64,000 nt of DNA from Blastocystis sp. Blastoise. Its lineage: Eukaryota > Protista > Bigyra: Opalinata. The stretch covers positions 310,001 through 374,000 of the forward strand of contig JBBPEB010000028.1 in NCBI GenBank assembly GCA_039096225.1. The letters run 5' to 3'. Below the pieces are notes generated by a model. The model ran no database searches. It saw nothing but the letters and a program-made list of their open reading frames with translations, and was not told the DNA's origin. The position numbers and the translations under genes were made by a program. Below are positions 31,030 through 48,469 of this stretch, one piece after another (within the stretch, counting starts at the first letter, position 1; every line of letters starts with the position of its first letter).

Positions 31030-32864
31030 TTAGTTATGATTATTAATATATAAAACGCGCATTTCTTGAGGAGACGAACATAGAGTATAAGAAAGTAGTT
31101 TTTTAGTACAACGGTTAATTAATTGTTTAGGGAAAAGAGGAGGAAGAGTAGTTGAGTTCACTTTAGTATTATTCTTCTTCTTATTATTATTTATAGTAGA
31201 ATTACGTTTATTAATTGATTGAGTAGAAGGAGTAGAAAAAGTAGATTTCTTCTTTGTTTGACGATTATGTTTTTTAGTATCTAATATAGAAGGTATAGTA
31301 TAGAAAGAATTTAATTTATTCATTTTTGATATAGGTAAGTTATACATTGTTTCTATTGTATTCACAAAAGAATTCTGATTATTAAGATTATTTTGAAGAG
31401 TATATGTATTATTTGTATTGATTTCATTCATAGAAGAAGAAGAAGAAGATACTAAAGAATTTAAATGGCTCATATCACAGCAAGAATTATTTCTTGGTTT
31501 TTTAATTGAACATTCAACAGATTGACTAATTACAGAAGAACTTCGTTTTCTAGGTGCAGTATAAGCAAGATTTCCATCAGCTAGATATAATTTTGATGCT
31601 TTTTTATGTTGCTTAGGAGGAAGAGAAGGAGGTGGATTATTTGTGATTGTACGGTTAACAAAGAAGCTATGTGTTTCTGATGTACTTATAGGACTCAAAG
31701 TAGAAGTAGTACCAGAAGACGAAGATTTTGAAGAATAAAAAGAAGAATTTGTTTGTAATAGAGGATGCTTTTGAGAAGATTTCAATGATTCTTGATATGT
31801 AGTATTTGATATAGGATTCATTTCAGTATTAATATTAATATCATTATTATTATTAATATTAATATTATTATTGTTATTAATTTCATTACTATTATTATTA
31901 TTATTATAAAGAGTACAATCTATAGTGTTATTAAGATTGACCAAAGGAGGAATACTAATCGATTCATTATAGGGTGAAAAAGAAAGAGAATCATTAAAAA
32001 ATTGTTGATTTCCAAAAAGATCACTTGTTTCGAAAGAATATGGATTACCAAATAAAGTATTTTCTATATCCGAATAATGAGGATATTGTTCATTATCTGT
32101 TTTTAATGATGAATCATAAGCGTTATTATCATTATTATAACTAGAATTGCTAATGATAAAATCATTATTATTATGATCTGCTAATGAATGTAAGAAACCT
32201 TCTGAAGTAGATAATCCATCCCTTTGTATACATTCTGACGAATCCAGATTAATATTTGAAATAGAATTACTAAAATGAAATATAGAATCAGCACTATTTT
32301 GAGTTGAGTTGTTACTTGTATTGATTTCAGGAATCATATTTTCAATAAAATTACATTCTGAATTAGGAAAGAAATTGTTATTATCATCGTGAAACTGTTC
32401 AGAACCGTAATCGTCTAAAGTAGATGAAGAAGAAAAACTCTCCTTATGAGGTATAGAGGAGTCAGATAAGATGACATCATCATAAGCAGGTGAACAACTT
32501 TGGATTATCGAATTATCATGATTAACTATAAAAGAATAAATGTTAATCATTTATCAAAAAAAAAACATAATTAGCTTAAATTTATAAGAAAAAGATATTC
32601 TAAATATACATATATAAAGGATAAAGAAAACAAAAACCAAATGATAAACAACATACAACAACTGTTAACTGCTTGATGAATAGAAGGTGAGAAACAATAA
32701 TTTTCTTTTGACGATAGGATGTCATTGTTATTAGCATCATTATTGAATTGATACGGACAATCATAGTTAAAATTGTTGTCTGAAAAAGAACAAAAATGTG
32801 AAGGAAGAGCGATCGAGTTTAAATCGATAGTAACAAACGGTTCGAGTTGGCTGGAAAGACTCAT
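31030..32864 (-). CDS. Ser/Asn-rich low-complexity protein, 567 aa (exons 32864-32657, 32525-31030); function unknown
   Basis: In-phase GTATG...ATAG intron; long open frame with basic NLS-like patches (PRKR, KKPR). Confidence 0.75.
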
Positions 32865-35558
32865 TTCAGAATTTGAATAAGGCAGAGAAACAATAATGGA
32901 GTGAAAAAAACTATAGGCAATAGACGTACATAGTTCGAAATATATACCCCTCAGACAGTAGAATAATGGGTAACAGAAATATCTGACACCTAATACTCGT
33001 ATATATTAAAAAAATATGACAAATCTATTTCAAATAAACAAAGCCATGTCTGTGTAATGTCAAGAAATGGGAGCAAACGAAGTTTTTCTTCAAATCAATA
33101 TTTGATGGATTGAGGATCGACCAATGAAATTACAGATGCCAGAAAACTACGTTTATTGGTTAATATTGACTTATTAATCCATAAAAATGAATAGTGTCTT
33201 TTTACTAAAAATATTTATATAGATTAAATATGGGAATCTGACATGACAACCATATTGTCAAAGCTATAAAAAGCTAGATTGATAGCTTCGCTATAATTTA
33301 AGAAACACACATGTTTTATTTTATGGAGCCATTTCTATTTAAAGTTTTAATTGAACCACTAAAACAAAACTACTAAAACTGTCTTGTACATTTATGACTA
33401 TTTTAAACGAAATGACGAGCTCTAGAATAATTAAAAATCTGTTTGAGTATACAATATAACTGGAGGAACCGATTACAAGCAATTGAAGAACTGATTGGTA
33501 CCAAAAGAAATATTGGAAAGGAAAGAAGGCAAACATACCTTGCAATATCGAGCTTATATTGCTTTGAATCAATAGTGATACATCTATGGATGATGATAAC
33601 AAATTTGTTTTTTTGAAATGCAATAATCAACATAAATTAACTGAATTTATTTTAAGTATACAAAATATACAAGATTTGATTTTCTATAACGCTTGATAGA
33701 GAAAGATTATCATTCATAATGAACAATGGTTTTTTTGCCTGAAGAAAAACATCGAGAAATAACTTGGGATATAACTAGTATATATCTGATGAACATATAG
33801 TGCATTAAAAGACCATCATGGATGTATCACATAGTTCAATATGAGTGAAATAAAGTGTAGAAAGGAGAGGAAACAATAAATATTTAAAAATACTTAAACT
33901 ATATGTATTAGAATATAATGGTGATAGTCAAAGTAAATAAAAATTGCAACAAAATAAAATAAATAAATAAAGAAGAGTGAAGAATTTGTACTCTTATAAT
34001 TTTCTATTGGGTGGAGAAAAATCATAAATAACATATAAACAATATAGGACTTATATATATTAAAGACCCCTTAGAAGTATGAAATGAAATAATACGCTTG
34101 GAAAATGAATCCCTCATAGCACGAAATAAACGAAGAAAAAAAAAAGAGAAGAAGAAAGAGTCTAATAGAAAGACGAAGAACTTGTGTATATCGGTAACAC
34201 TTGAATATGTTGATAATCTGGTATATATAAACATATAAGGATATCCTATAATTCATTTTAGTAGTATTTTCATTTGATTTTATAGGAGAAGGAAAACAAA
34301 AGTTCAATTGGGTGAGATTATCATGAGATCCTAAGTATCTTTCAGCGTTTTCAGTATAGGCATAACAAGGTGAATAAGTTCGGTGGAAGAATAACTTATA
34401 ATCTGGACATGAAATATTTTTGATTAATGATGACACTTTAGTAGAAACATAGAAATATCATTTCTAATATATAATAAACATTTATGAACTAAAGAAGATA
34501 TTCGATTATAAGTTAACAAGAAAAATGAATTATCAAGCTTACCATGTATTTTGTTTAATTATTCTTTGAGTGCTCACATTGATCTCTATATTATGGTGAG
34601 TCAGAAATGGATCATGACTTTAAGAATAACGATATCTTTCGAAAAATATATTATTTAAGATTTTTTCAGAAACAATTAAGATCTTTTTAAAGATGTTCTT
34701 ATTGTTTAAATAGGTGAATAAGATATGTTTTTCTTTAACTACTTAATGTATCATTCATTTTACAATGAATATTTCGTTATAAAAATAACATTATAGTAAT
34801 GTGCTATTATTAAATGGCTTATGTTAACTAAAGTATAGAGGATACAATATGAATTGAGACTTGCTTGTCATGAATATTGCAAAATAACTCAACAAATAAT
34901 CAAATAAAAATGAAATTAAAAACAACAATAAAAACAAGATTATAAAAACAAACAATAGGGCATCACAAAAAAGTATATGAGCCATTAAGAGATTATCAAG
35001 AAAGAGAAACATTCTTTCATAGAAAGTATGAAGCAACACAGAGTACCACACACACAAAAAAAAATTGTATTCATAACAATAATGAAAAAAAAACTAATAA
35101 ATAGAAGATTTATAAGAATAAAAGGTGTTATCATTTATAGGTATATATAAAATAATGAATCTAAACCCATTATAAGCATAGAGGAATACAAAAAAAATGA
35201 AAAGGAACATAAAAGAAACAAATATTTATAAACAAAAAAATAACAAAAATATGTATATATATATAAACAGAGAGTAAGAAAATAAAAATACACTACAATA
35301 AAGAAGAATTGAATGCTAAAAAGAAATATATATTAGAGTATGAGGAAAATAGTTTATACAAAGAAATGCTCTACAAATAAATAAATAAATTAATTAATAA
35401 AAAAAGAAATATCTAAGAAAACAATAAGAAAGAATAACTATGAAAAAAGGTAACCATCACAATATATATAGAGTATACAATATAACGAAAAAAAAGTTAT
35501 ATAAAAAAATAAATAAAAAAAAAATTAAAAAAAAAATAAAAATAATAAATATATATAT

Positions 35559-39150
<3,592 letters not shown>

Positions 39151-40232
39151 AAATTCACGAAATATAAAGAATTTATTAAAAATAATGTATAGAACAACAA
39201 AATGTATTATGAACTGTTTCTGTACTTTTTTTAATGCTACTGCTGAAAAAAAAACAAGTTATATTCAGTTGTTGCGTATAAGTCAAAAAATTTGATTTCC
39301 CCATGAATAATATGATTTTTCAGGTACTTGATTTTGTTCGGGAAAGTGCTATAACAACCGGAGAACTTCACTGATGCCTGCCGTCGGTGATTTACGCTAT
39401 AGACTACCAATTTCATCTTTTTCAACATGACTTAATTTGACTGAATACCGAAGACGAAATTCTTTGAAAATAAGCAGATTCTATTAATAATTATGTAGCA
39501 AATATGATATGATGATTTTCGTTGATGTTATAGAAAGAGGATGCTCTTGAAAAAAAAATTGTAAATTTCTTTGATACATTAGCTTCGTGAACCATTGTTT
39601 TCTATTATTATTTGTTGCTTAAAGGGGTGGAATGTTTATGTTGGATCTGATATATCTTAGGTAGCTCTACTATTTTAAAAATCTCGTAAATTATATCTAT
39701 AATACTTTGATTATTGATTTATTTTCAAGCTATTGTTTCCCATTATTATACGTATTCATTCTACGATTATTGGACTAAAATATTAGTATTCATGAAAAAT
39801 AATAAATACATTTAGAACTAAGTTAATCAATAATTTATTTATATAAGAGATACTTTTTATTGTTGTGAATGTCAATCATATATATTCCAAAAATAATTAT
39901 AATCTAAATATATAGAACATTATAATAAGCAATAATTATCATATAAATATATAGCAACTATTCATTATTATAAATATACTAAATAATCCCATTTCTTGTT
40001 CATATTTACATTGTATTTTTTTTTTATATATGAATATAAATTAAAAAGTTCTATTGAAAAAAACAGTTTAAAGTTGAATAACACAAGACGAAATCATTTC
40101 AATATATATATAAATCAAAAGAAAATTTAAAATAACAAACATATAACAATCATCAAACATAATAATAGAAAACTATTATCATATAAAAGAATTTTAATGA
40201 ATTATTTTTTTTTATTATAGAATGAATAGAAT

Positions 40233-41534
40233 TTAAACAGGAACTACTTTAGGAACACTTTCTGAAGTAGTTTCTATTACAGTAGCAGGTATAGGTTGTT
40301 CTTCAAGAAGAGCAGTTTGAGTAGAATCTTCTGATTTCTTATGCTTCTTAATATCCATAAATTGGAATATAATAATAAGAATAATAGAGACAACACCAAA
40401 TCCAGGAGTTACTTTATAAGCCCATTCAGCACCTAATTTATCATTCATATAACCAAGAGGGAATTGAGCAATAGATTGTAATAAAGCTTGAAGAGGACAA
40501 ATAATACTTACAGGAATAGGAGCTAAATTACCAAAGTAATGAATAATACAGCATAAATATGTAGGCCAGAAGAAGCCAATGAAAACACCAGTACTAGCAA
40601 AAACCCATAATCCATTTTCTTTTAATAAGAAACCAATAATAAATAATATAATAGTACCTACTAAAACAATATAGATCATAGCATAATTACCAATTCTATC
40701 TGTAATAAACCCACCAAATAAACGAGCAATAGTAAATAAAAGATACATAACAGTAATATATTTAGAACCTTCAGAACCAGGATCAATATCATAAACATCT
40801 TCCATATATAAACCAAACCAATTATTAGCAGCACGTTCAACCATTTCCAGCATCATCAAAGAAAGAGCACAATACCATACAACAGGTGAAAGTAAGCATT
40901 TTCCAATAGTCATATGTTGAACTTTATCTTCAGAAGTATCTTCTTTTGTAGGATAATTTACAGCAAAAGGACAAAAGATAATATATATAAAAAGAACAGC
41001 AATTGGAATACAAAGAGCAATATAAATACCACGGAAAGAAGCATCACGGAACATATCATAAATCCAACTAGCATATATTGGAGAAGCAGTAGCACCAATA
41101 CCATAGAAGAAGTTCATAATAGAAATGTGAGTAGCTGTATGTTCAGTAAAGATAGTAGAACCAAGAGTAGTAGGAGCTACATCATTAAATCCCATACCCA
41201 TTGTAGCTAAGACTTGAGTTAAAATAGCAAGCCAATAAACATTTGAAAAAGAAGTAGATAAACAACCTACAAGGCCTCCAACGAATCCAAGAATAAAAAC
41301 TAACTTAAAACCCCATTTCTCTTGAAGAATAGCTCCAATAAAAGCAAAAATAAGATAACCGAAAGTACCACTAGAAGTAAATATAGCGTACTCACTATAA
41401 GAAACATTAAATTCATCACGAATCAATGGACCAGTAATACTCTTGACATTATCAATCAAACCTTGGCATATCATACCACAGTAAGTAGCCATAGTTAAAA
41501 GCCAGAAATTCTTTTTAGATAACGTTTCAACCAT
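40233..41534 (-). CDS. Intronless MFS transporter (FucP/GluP-like sugar permease group)
   Basis: About 12 hydrophobic segments, MNFFYGIGATASP, NNWFGLYM, ARLFGGFITDRIG (MFS motif-A-like). The first true ATG is at 41534; the ORF track starts at a GTG. Confidence 0.9.
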   Translation of the reverse strand: MVETLSKKNFWLLTMATYCGMICQGLIDNVKSITGPLIRDEFNVSYSEYAIFTSSGTFGYLIFAFIGAILQEKWGFKLVFILGFVGGLVGCLSTSFSNVYWLAILTQVLATMGMGFNDVAPTTLGSTIFTEHTATHISIMNFFYGIGATASPIYASWIYDMFRDASFRGIYIALCIPIAVLFIYIIFCPFAVNYPTKEDTSEDKVQHMTIGKCLLSPVVWYCALSLMMLEMVERAANNWFGLYMEDVYDIDPGSEGSKYITVMYLLFTIARLFGGFITDRIGNYAMIYIVLVGTIILFIIGFLLKENGLWVFASTGVFIGFFWPTYLCCIIHYFGNLAPIPVSIICPLQALLQSIAQFPLGYMNDKLGAEWAYKVTPGFGVVSIILIIIFQFMDIKKHKKSEDSTQTALLEEQPIPATVIETTSESVPKVVPV

Positions 41535-42237
41535 GATCAACGACAATAACAAAAAAACAAATAAAAAAATAAAGTGAAATGCAGTTCTCACACAGAAGTT
41601 ACGAAAACCACAAAAATGAGATACAAAAAATCTCAGTCATTTCAACCCTTTTTATGTATAGTTATCAAGAACATTTTTTTTATAATTTTTTTTTATTTTT
41701 TATAATTCGTTTTTATCTTATAAAAGTTATATGTTGGAATCTGTTTTTTATTGTAATTTTCATGAATAGACATATGAATAGTGTTCTTATAAGTGAAACT
41801 TTAAAATAATATTCTATTGAATCAATTATACACATATATGATGTTACAATAATATCTAGAATACTCTTTTGCATGTCTATAGATCCTGTATTCTATAATA
41901 GCTATTTTAAAAAGAGATGACTTTAGTATTAATTATCAAAAGCAAGTGAAATTATCGTCAATATTAATATTTGCCTATTCTTGAACTGTGTATGTTTTAT
42001 AAACTATTGAAACATATATATTAATTCAAATTTGATTATGAGAATGTTTAATGAAAGAAGGATCTTAACAACAAAACAATCTTTTAACGAGAAAGAACAA
42101 TATAAAGAAACAGGAGAGACAGTAATGCATAAAAAATAGTTGAAATAGATACTGAAAATAATTCTATAAGCGTATAAATTCTCTTTTTATAAATTGATTA
42201 GATAAGAATACTATTTTTCCCAAGAGTGTGAATTCTT

Positions 42238-43369
42238 TTAATCAAATAAGACAGAAGCATTAGTATCCCAATTTTGATCCCATCTCACTTTCTATACATA
42301 TAAATAAATATATAAGCAAGACTATATACATAGACAACAGGAGAATTTAAAATAAATAAAAATATATATATGAGTATATTAATAGAGATACTAAGAAATC
42401 AAGAGTTCCATTAGATAACGAAGAGAGAGTTTGTTTTGTACCATAATAATCTAATATAGCATCATATATTTGATTTGTTAATTCTGTAGGAGTATTGAAA
42501 ACATATCCATTTTTATTGTTCTGAACTAATTCAGGAAGAGCAGAGAACGATTTTGCACATACCTATATATAATATATTATGAATACTATAAATGAATAAT
42601 GAGGATGAATGTGACAGAAAGTGAATAGTATATATATATATATATATATAATGTATATATAATGTATATATAATGTATATATAATGTATATATATATATA
42701 TAATGTATATATATATATATATATACTGGTAGTTGTGATCCAAACATATCGACTACTTTCATGGGTAAGTCTAGACCTGAAGACGATGTATGTAGACATA
42801 CACCCAAGTCACTACTACCTAACATGGAAATATAATCTGAATAGGTAAACCACCTAAGAAGGAATATATAGATAGATATAGAGAGAAAAAAAGAGAGAAA
42901 GAGAATGAAATAAAAAAATAAAACATAAAATGAATTGAAATAATGAAATTATAACTATAGTAAAAAAAGCAAGTAGAATAATAATAATATATATATATAT
43001 ATATACATAGTCTGAATAGAAACACATTTCAAATGAAGTTCTTTGAATTGTGTTTCATAATAATTCTGTAAGGGTCCCATTCCCGTGACTATACATAGCA
43101 CTTTATAGCACTTTCTATCCTTATAACATTGGTCACATAATCTATATATATATATATATATAGATATATATAGAATCAAGACAAGAATATAGAATAAAGA
43201 TGAAAACAATTACCTAAGATCCAGAGATATTAAGGCAGTCAGAAGAATGCTGAAATCTTCATCAGGTGTCCAACTATATATATAGAATTATAATTATATA
43301 ATATATATACCTAGTGGAACTAACAAGAATAAATGGTTTTGATCCATCTATATTATTATTATTATTATG

Positions 43370-43418
<49 letters not shown>

Positions 43419-43570
43419 TTATATATACCATCTTGAATTGACGAGTCTATTTCCTATAAATATTATTTATAATATTATATATATATATATATACATAATG
43501 AGGGTTAATCCGTGTAGCTAACTTGGAATAAAACTCTTCTTTTTCCTATATATATATATATATACATACT

Positions 43571-43601
<31 letters not shown>

Positions 43602-44382
43602 GTAATAATAATAACTGACTTGTAGACCACATTTATGAAAGAAGGAGGGTGGTTTATCATAAAGAACAGAAGCCTCTATATTCCATTCTTCCTTTAACCA
43701 TTTCTTCATTGCTTTAGTAACACAAAGATTTCCGTTTGATTTTTGACCAAAAGTACGTTCAATATATTTATAAATCTTTGTCACTATATATATATATGAA
43801 TATAAATAAACAAACCTATAAATCAATAAATATATATAATATATAATATAAATACTAATATTATTTTCTCCCATAGATAATCCTAAAATTGTATATCTAT
43901 ATAAATATATATATAATAAAAATTATCAAAGTATAATATAATATAATTATAATTAAGAATAATATATATATATACCCTAAATTATGCCAGTCAATAATAA
44001 ACTTTGATTTTTGAATAAGACACAAGAAATAAACAAGAAATAAAGTAGGAATACTTGGAGGGTTTTGAACTAAATAATAGTTGGGTTTTGGAACAACAAA
44101 AAGAAGGATGTATAACATCATCAACATTTGATATAGAACCTTCAAAGGAGCATAAATAGGAAATAGATACCTTGGCCAATTCTTGAAGATACTTCCATTA
44201 ACTAAATACTTTGTTATTTGTTTATTTTGTTCAAGTTCATCGCAACATTCTTTACCTGTGAAACCAACCAAAGATACGTTTGCGCCATGTTTTGCCAAAG
44301 ACAAGCAATGGTACTGCATTCTAGGACTTCTCCCTACATCTCCAAGAACAAGAACAGTGACATTCTTTTTTTTGTCTTCCAT
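42238..44382 (-). CDS. ALG1: Chitobiosyldiphosphodolichol beta-mannosyltransferase
   Basis: [74 protein letters not shown]. Confidence 0.97.
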
Positions 44383-44630
44383 TTTCAATTCTTAAAAAAA
44401 TACAATTCAGTTTTGTTTTTTTATATTCAATACATTTCAGATATTTTTTAGTTGTTTGTTTCTTCATATTCAACACATTTCAGCTATTTTTTTTAAACAT
44501 GATTATTTTTCATTTTTCACTGTTTCTGGAAACCTTTTTATTATTTACTTTTTCTGAAAAAGAACAACACTCTATATCTGTTTGTAGATTCTTCTTTCAG
44601 AAACATAAAGTAAATCATCTACAAATTAAG

Positions 44631-45791
44631 ATGCAACCGACACCAGCTTTAAATCCAAGAGATTTAGAAAACCTCTTAAAGAAACCAGTTGAACATCAAT
44701 ATACTTACAAAGCATTTATTCGTAATGGACCTCTTCCTGCTTTCTTTAGAACAATCCCTTATCCTGAACCTAAAGATGAAACGTTTTATGGTTTATATCC
44801 TCCAAATCTTTCTGATAAGAAATATTCTTGCTTTGATAAAGTTGTTCAAGGTGCTATCTTCGGTTTTGTTGGTGGAGTTGGTATGGGTGTTATGTTAGGT
44901 GCTTTCCAACAAATGACTATGCCTGCTGATATTCCTCTAGATGATGTTGTAGGAAAAGTACCTAAAGGAACTATGTTGAAGGAAGTATGTGTTTTTTAGT
45001 TTTATTTTTATTCTTTATTCTTATTTTTTATTTATTTTTATTTATTATTTTTATTTTTTTTTATTTCATTTATTATTTTTATTTTTTTTTTTTGTTTCAT
45101 TTTATTTTTTGTTTCATTTTATTTTTTGTTTCATTTTATTTTTTGTTTCATTTTATTTCATAAAAATAGGATCTCTTACAATTATTCTATGTTTTAGGCT
45201 AAAAATACTTTTCGTTTTTGGTATTTAAAGGGTAAAGGAATGGGCAAACAATTCTTCCTCTTTAATGGTATATATATAGTTATTATTATTATAAGTTATT
45301 AATTTAATATTTTATCATTATATTATACTCTATATAGCCGGATATATGGGCTTAGAATGTGTTTTAGAGAGAATTATGGGTGAGAGAAGTTATTTCACTT
45401 TATTAACTTCCTCTTGTGCTGCTGGTGGCCTTGTAAATGTCACAGGAGGTCCTGTTGTATATATATATAATTATTCAATAAACACTCAACATTCATTCAA
45501 TTGCTCATTATTATTATTTATCTAATAAATAATAATATTATTACACTCTACATATATATATTCTAAATAATAATGCTATTATACTCTACATATATACATT
45601 TCTAAATAATAATATTATTATACTCTACATATATATATTCTAAATAATAATATTATTATACTCTACATATATATATTCTAAATAATAATATTATTATACC
45701 CTATATATTCTATAAATAGTCAATGACTATGGGTTGTGTTGGTTTCATGCTCTTTTCAGTAATCGCTGAACATTTCTTTGGAACTTATTAA
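44631..45791 (+). CDS. TIM22: Tim17/22/23-family inner-membrane translocase, most like Tim22; 4 exons
   Basis: SCFDKVVQGAIFGFVGGVGMGVMLGAF, GLECVLERIMG, GCVGFMLFSVIAE; the conserved Cys pair and GxxxG helices are present. Confidence 0.82.
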
Positions 45792-46622
45792 GAGAGAAGA
45801 AAGCTCTAGAATGCTCTTTTGACAACCATAAGTATATCTCCTTTATTATTATATATATATATATTATGAACTATTTTTAATATAATTTATTGATTCTCTA
45901 TTTTTAGAATTCAAATTACTTAGGTTATCAATAAAAACATTTCTCCATTTTTTTTTATGAATTTTAATAATATAAGGTCTTCTGAAATTTATTGTATGTA
46001 TTCCAGTCTGATTTATAATTACATCGACTTTGATAATATAGGTATTTTTAATCTTTTTAATATTCTTCAACTTTTGATATTTTCATTTTTTAACTTTTCT
46101 TCTAGTATTTTACGGAATTTATTGTTTAAAACAATTATATATCGTTTCGTTACTGACATTTTTTTTTTTTTAATTTCAATTAGTATATTTGATATTTAAA
46201 TATATTTCATTTATGTATACAAAGTATTTATGATCAATTCAGTACACATATATCATTGAAAAACATATGTGTTAACAACATTTACCATCATTCACAATCA
46301 TTTGTTGTTTCATACCTATTTTTAAATTGCATCTGAGTTTTCTTTACAAAATCAATCAATCTCATTTATTATTATCAATTCAGTCAGTAATTACTAGCAT
46401 AAGAAGAAAAAGAGCGGCAAAAACGTATTCTTTTACATGACGATAATCGCGATTATTCTACAAACTCAGCCAAGATCAACCGAATTCCCATGAACTTTTC
46501 TTTTCTTTCTATCACTTTGATCAAACCGCTTCTTTGAGTTTGCCTCCAAAACAGATTGATTAGTTATTTGCAGTTTTCACTACGTAATCTATTCATATTT
46601 TATTTAATATTTGAATCCTACA

Positions 46623-46895
46623 ATGGCATCACCTGTATCTATCTTAAGTAACTTACCAATTTCAAATACTCAACATTTCACATGTTGTCAAAAGTCTTCA
46701 CCAGATAACTCTCCTGGATATGTTCAATGTGTTCAAAGCACACAATTTCAATTTGATTATTCTAATAACGATTCAATGGATCTGATTCAAAAAGAATACC
46801 GAGAATATGTTCTCAATCAACTTGATCAAGAGGAGAACACTTCTGAACGTATAGATCTTTCAAAGTTACCTTCTCGCCGTGTTCTAAACTTTTAA
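46623..46895 (+). CDS. 90-aa hypothetical protein ending in RRVLNF
   Basis: Intronless ORF with coding-like composition, its own upstream region and a T-rich 3' flank. Confidence 0.65.
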   Translation: MASPVSILSNLPISNTQHFTCCQKSSPDNSPGYVQCVQSTQFQFDYSNNDSMDLIQKEYREYVLNQLDQEENTSERIDLSKLPSRRVLNF

Positions 46896-47184
46896 TTCGT
46901 TTCTTTTATATATTTTTTGTATAATATATTATATCTATAAATCTTGTGTGTTCTCTTGAAGATAGTAATTATTTTTCTCTTTTCCTCTTTTTTAAATCAT
47001 GATGTGTCTTTTTGTTATTCTTTTTTGTTGATAGTTTTTTGCCCATATTGATGTGGTTTGTGTAGTTGTATATATTTTTGAATATATATATATATATTGA
47101 AACTAAACCAAAATAAAATCTATAATACAATAAAACTTTTTAGTAATCAGTATAGAAAATAAACAATAAATAAAACAGGAATAC

Positions 47185-48334
47185 TTACCGTCTTTTACTG
47201 TGACTTTCAGATTGTTTTTCATGTCTATGATGAGATACACTTCGACTTCTATTCTTTCTTCGATCTTTATCATTATCTCTTTCTCTATGACTATCTCTAT
47301 CTCTTTCTCTATGACTATCTCTATCTCTTTCTCTATCTCTTTCTCTATCTCTATCTCTATCTCTATCTCTTTCTCTATCTCTTTCTCTATATGAAGAATG
47401 TCTTGAGCCATGTCGAGAGGAATCACCATAATGACGAGAATGACGAGAATTACTACGGGAATTATGATGATAACGACGAGAAGACGAACGACGAGGAGAA
47501 TGTGATCTATAAAATATAATATGATATTTCAAAAGAAAAAATGAAAACTTTTCAAAATCTATATATTTATGAAAAACAATATAACTATATATATATATAC
47601 CTTCTGTCCTCATGTCTATTAGGATGAATACTATATAATATTATAATAATCATAGTAAATATACTATATACTTTTCAGTAATTGCTTTATTAATTGCCTC
47701 TTTTTGTTTCTTTTCTTGTTGCTATATATATAATTATATATATATATATATATATATAAGTGTATAATTATGATTAAATATAAACTAAAAGAGCATACTT
47801 GTTTCTTCATAATATCTTCAGAGACTTGTTTAATAAGTTGTTCTGGAATACCAAGAGGATCTTCTTGTGCAGATAATAATAATTCCCATAATTCTTTCAT
47901 AAATTGTGTGGTGTTTTTATCTAAGAAAGGAATCATATTCATTAACATGTTTTTAGGGTCCAACTATAGAATAAGTAAATATAAACAACAACGAATTATA
48001 GGACCCACAATCACAAAAACAATATATCATTTAATAAATATACAGTCTCTGTTTCAGATATATCTAACATATTAATGGCAAAACTTTCCACAATATCATC
48101 ATCATATCCTAATAATTCAGTAATTTTCTGTGCTATCCACTTCTTGATAACATCTTTATTAACTTTTTTAATATCAACTTTCTTACTAAGACATTCAGGA
48201 ATCTTTAACTTCTTTAAAAGTTCCTTATCTGCATTCTTAAAACGAATATCTGAATCCGAAGAAGTTCCCTATATGAATTACGAATATATTATTTAACTAT
48301 ATCATACACAGAATGTAGCTCCAACTCCAGACAT
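47185..48334 (-). CDS. SRRM1: PWI-domain SR-related protein (SRRM1/SRm160-like), 6 exons
   Basis: GTSSDSDIRFKNADKELLK, KVDIKKVN, IKKWIAQKITELLGYDDDIV, LDPKNM, FMKELWELLLSAQ..PLGIP; RS/RD/RE tail. Confidence 0.9.
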
Positions 48335-48469
48335 TGAATAATAAAGTTATTAAAAAGAAATTGTAAAAAATATGATTTAAAAAACAAAAGCAAAATTTCT
48401 AATAAAAAAATAATTTTGATTTGTTTTTATTATTAACTATTTAACTATCGATTCTATATTTATAATAAA

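Noticed and set aside
34022-34545. Possible minus-strand gene (ATG|GTAAG, 121-aa ORF, internal ATATCCTTAT)
   Set aside because: The obvious splice gives ATG AAA TGA. I found no consistent model and no branch site or AC at a plausible distance, so neither a CDS nor a U12 intron is called.
45864-46160. Coding-like minus-strand stretch with many in-frame TAA, suggesting stop reassignment
   Set aside because: All well-supported genes end in TAA and have no internal stops; a decayed relic is more likely.
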